Source: Macrostomum lignano (Eukaryota). From it: a stretch of 64,000 bases of DNA. The notes below the pieces were generated by a model. It did not search any database. It worked only from the letters and a program-made list of their open reading frames with translations, and had not been told where the DNA came from. The translations under genes were made by a program, and so were the position numbers. The DNA is taken from assembly GCA_002269645.1 (NCBI GenBank), contig NIVC01000006.1, positions 1,046,055 to 1,110,054 on the forward strand, given 5' to 3'. Shown in pieces: positions 63,005 to 64,000 of this stretch (within the stretch, counting starts at the first letter, position 1; every line of letters starts with the position of its first letter).

Positions 63005-64000
63005 CTGGTAGTAAAGGGAACTGGCACTAATTAGGGTGCCTCATTGTACCAATATTTAATTTCATAGTTTTTATTAATAAATTAGAAAATTCTAATCCTT
63101 CCTGGACTTCGGCAGTTCTTTCTCAGCTTAGCATGTAGTTCGTATTTGGTTCGGGATAAATAGTGTTACAAGTCTTTGATTTGGGAGTTGGGTAAATGTT
63201 TACAAAGATAGTTTCACTTGACTTCGGTTAAGTAGAAACTATAACTAGTATTATTTTTTTAATTATTATTCTCTTCAAAAAACTGAGTCGCTAATAGGTA
63301 TTTTTTTGTGCAGTGTTTTGTACAAAATAAGTTTGCACTATAGGAAGCATTGCAACTAGTACTCTGGTTGTTTTGGCTTTCTTTGAAATAAAAAATGACA
63401 CTCCAATCACTCCACGAGTATAAAACTAAATTTGTAAGCATATGTAGGATTTCACGCTGAGACATGTTGTTGGTTGGGAGCTTGTTGGTCCTTGATGTAC
63501 TCGTAGCAAGATAAAACATAGTGCCTGCAATTTTGCCCGAGATGAACTATAAGAAAACCAATGGCTACTTTTATGTAGCCCGAATTTCACGAATAAACTT
63601 ACAAGTGGATGGATTTGGAATCTGAGCCATTGCAGTTCCTATCTATCTTGGATACAAAACGATAAAACTTGCTGTAGCAGACTTCTTGTACAGAGCTGAG
63701 TATGAGTTCTCTATCAATGTGAACTGTTGCAAAAAACTGCTATAATGCCTGCTGCGGCGGAGGCTGCGGGATCCCATTTAGCCCCAGCTACATCATCGGT
63801 CCGTCCGCAGCCTCCCATGCCGCTTCCCAGAAGATCGCGCTTGAGTGGTAGGGATGGGAGTTGCGCGTTACTCAGCGTCGACCACTATTGGTTCTCCCTT
63901 TGGTCTGGACTGTCCTCTCCCTATTTTTCAATCGCCCCTATAGTCCGCAGCATGTGGAAGCCGGCCTATATTTCCCTTAGCTTGAATTAAACCAGAAGGG

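Noticed and set aside
63727-63990. 87-aa ORF at the window end
   Set aside because: Non-ATG start and no motif; more likely synapsin upstream or promoter sequence.

Overview
Eukaryotic (animal) genomic DNA, intron-rich and repeat-rich. The style (TCTG/CTAA intronic microsatellites, CAG-rich exons, TTAGGG tracts, acceptor sites with no upstream ATG) suggests a free-living flatworm such as Macrostomum; this is inference only. 1-17 kb: plus-strand RNFT-type RING/TM gene, divergent ADPGK, two-LIM gene and mucin-like type I membrane gene, a truncated minus-strand C6orf89-like ORF, MITEs and CORE-type SINEs. 17.5-44.5 kb: about 27 kb made of ten non-autonomous Helitrons of different subfamilies joined head-to-tail, mostly at CTAG|TC junctions. 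Most carry a tetranucleotide seed, a tRNA-like Pol III cassette, a satellite in a fixed slot, and often TTAGGG tracts. 45-51 kb: fibrinogen-related gene cluster (one intact gene, two pseudogenic pieces) with a Harbinger deletion derivative. 51.7-62.7 kb: ten-exon synapsin gene (minus strand, two 1-nt frameshifts) with a five-exon TIMP nested antisense in intron 5. Exon coordinates were read by hand from splice signals and reading-frame continuity; family calls come from recalled motifs, not database searches.
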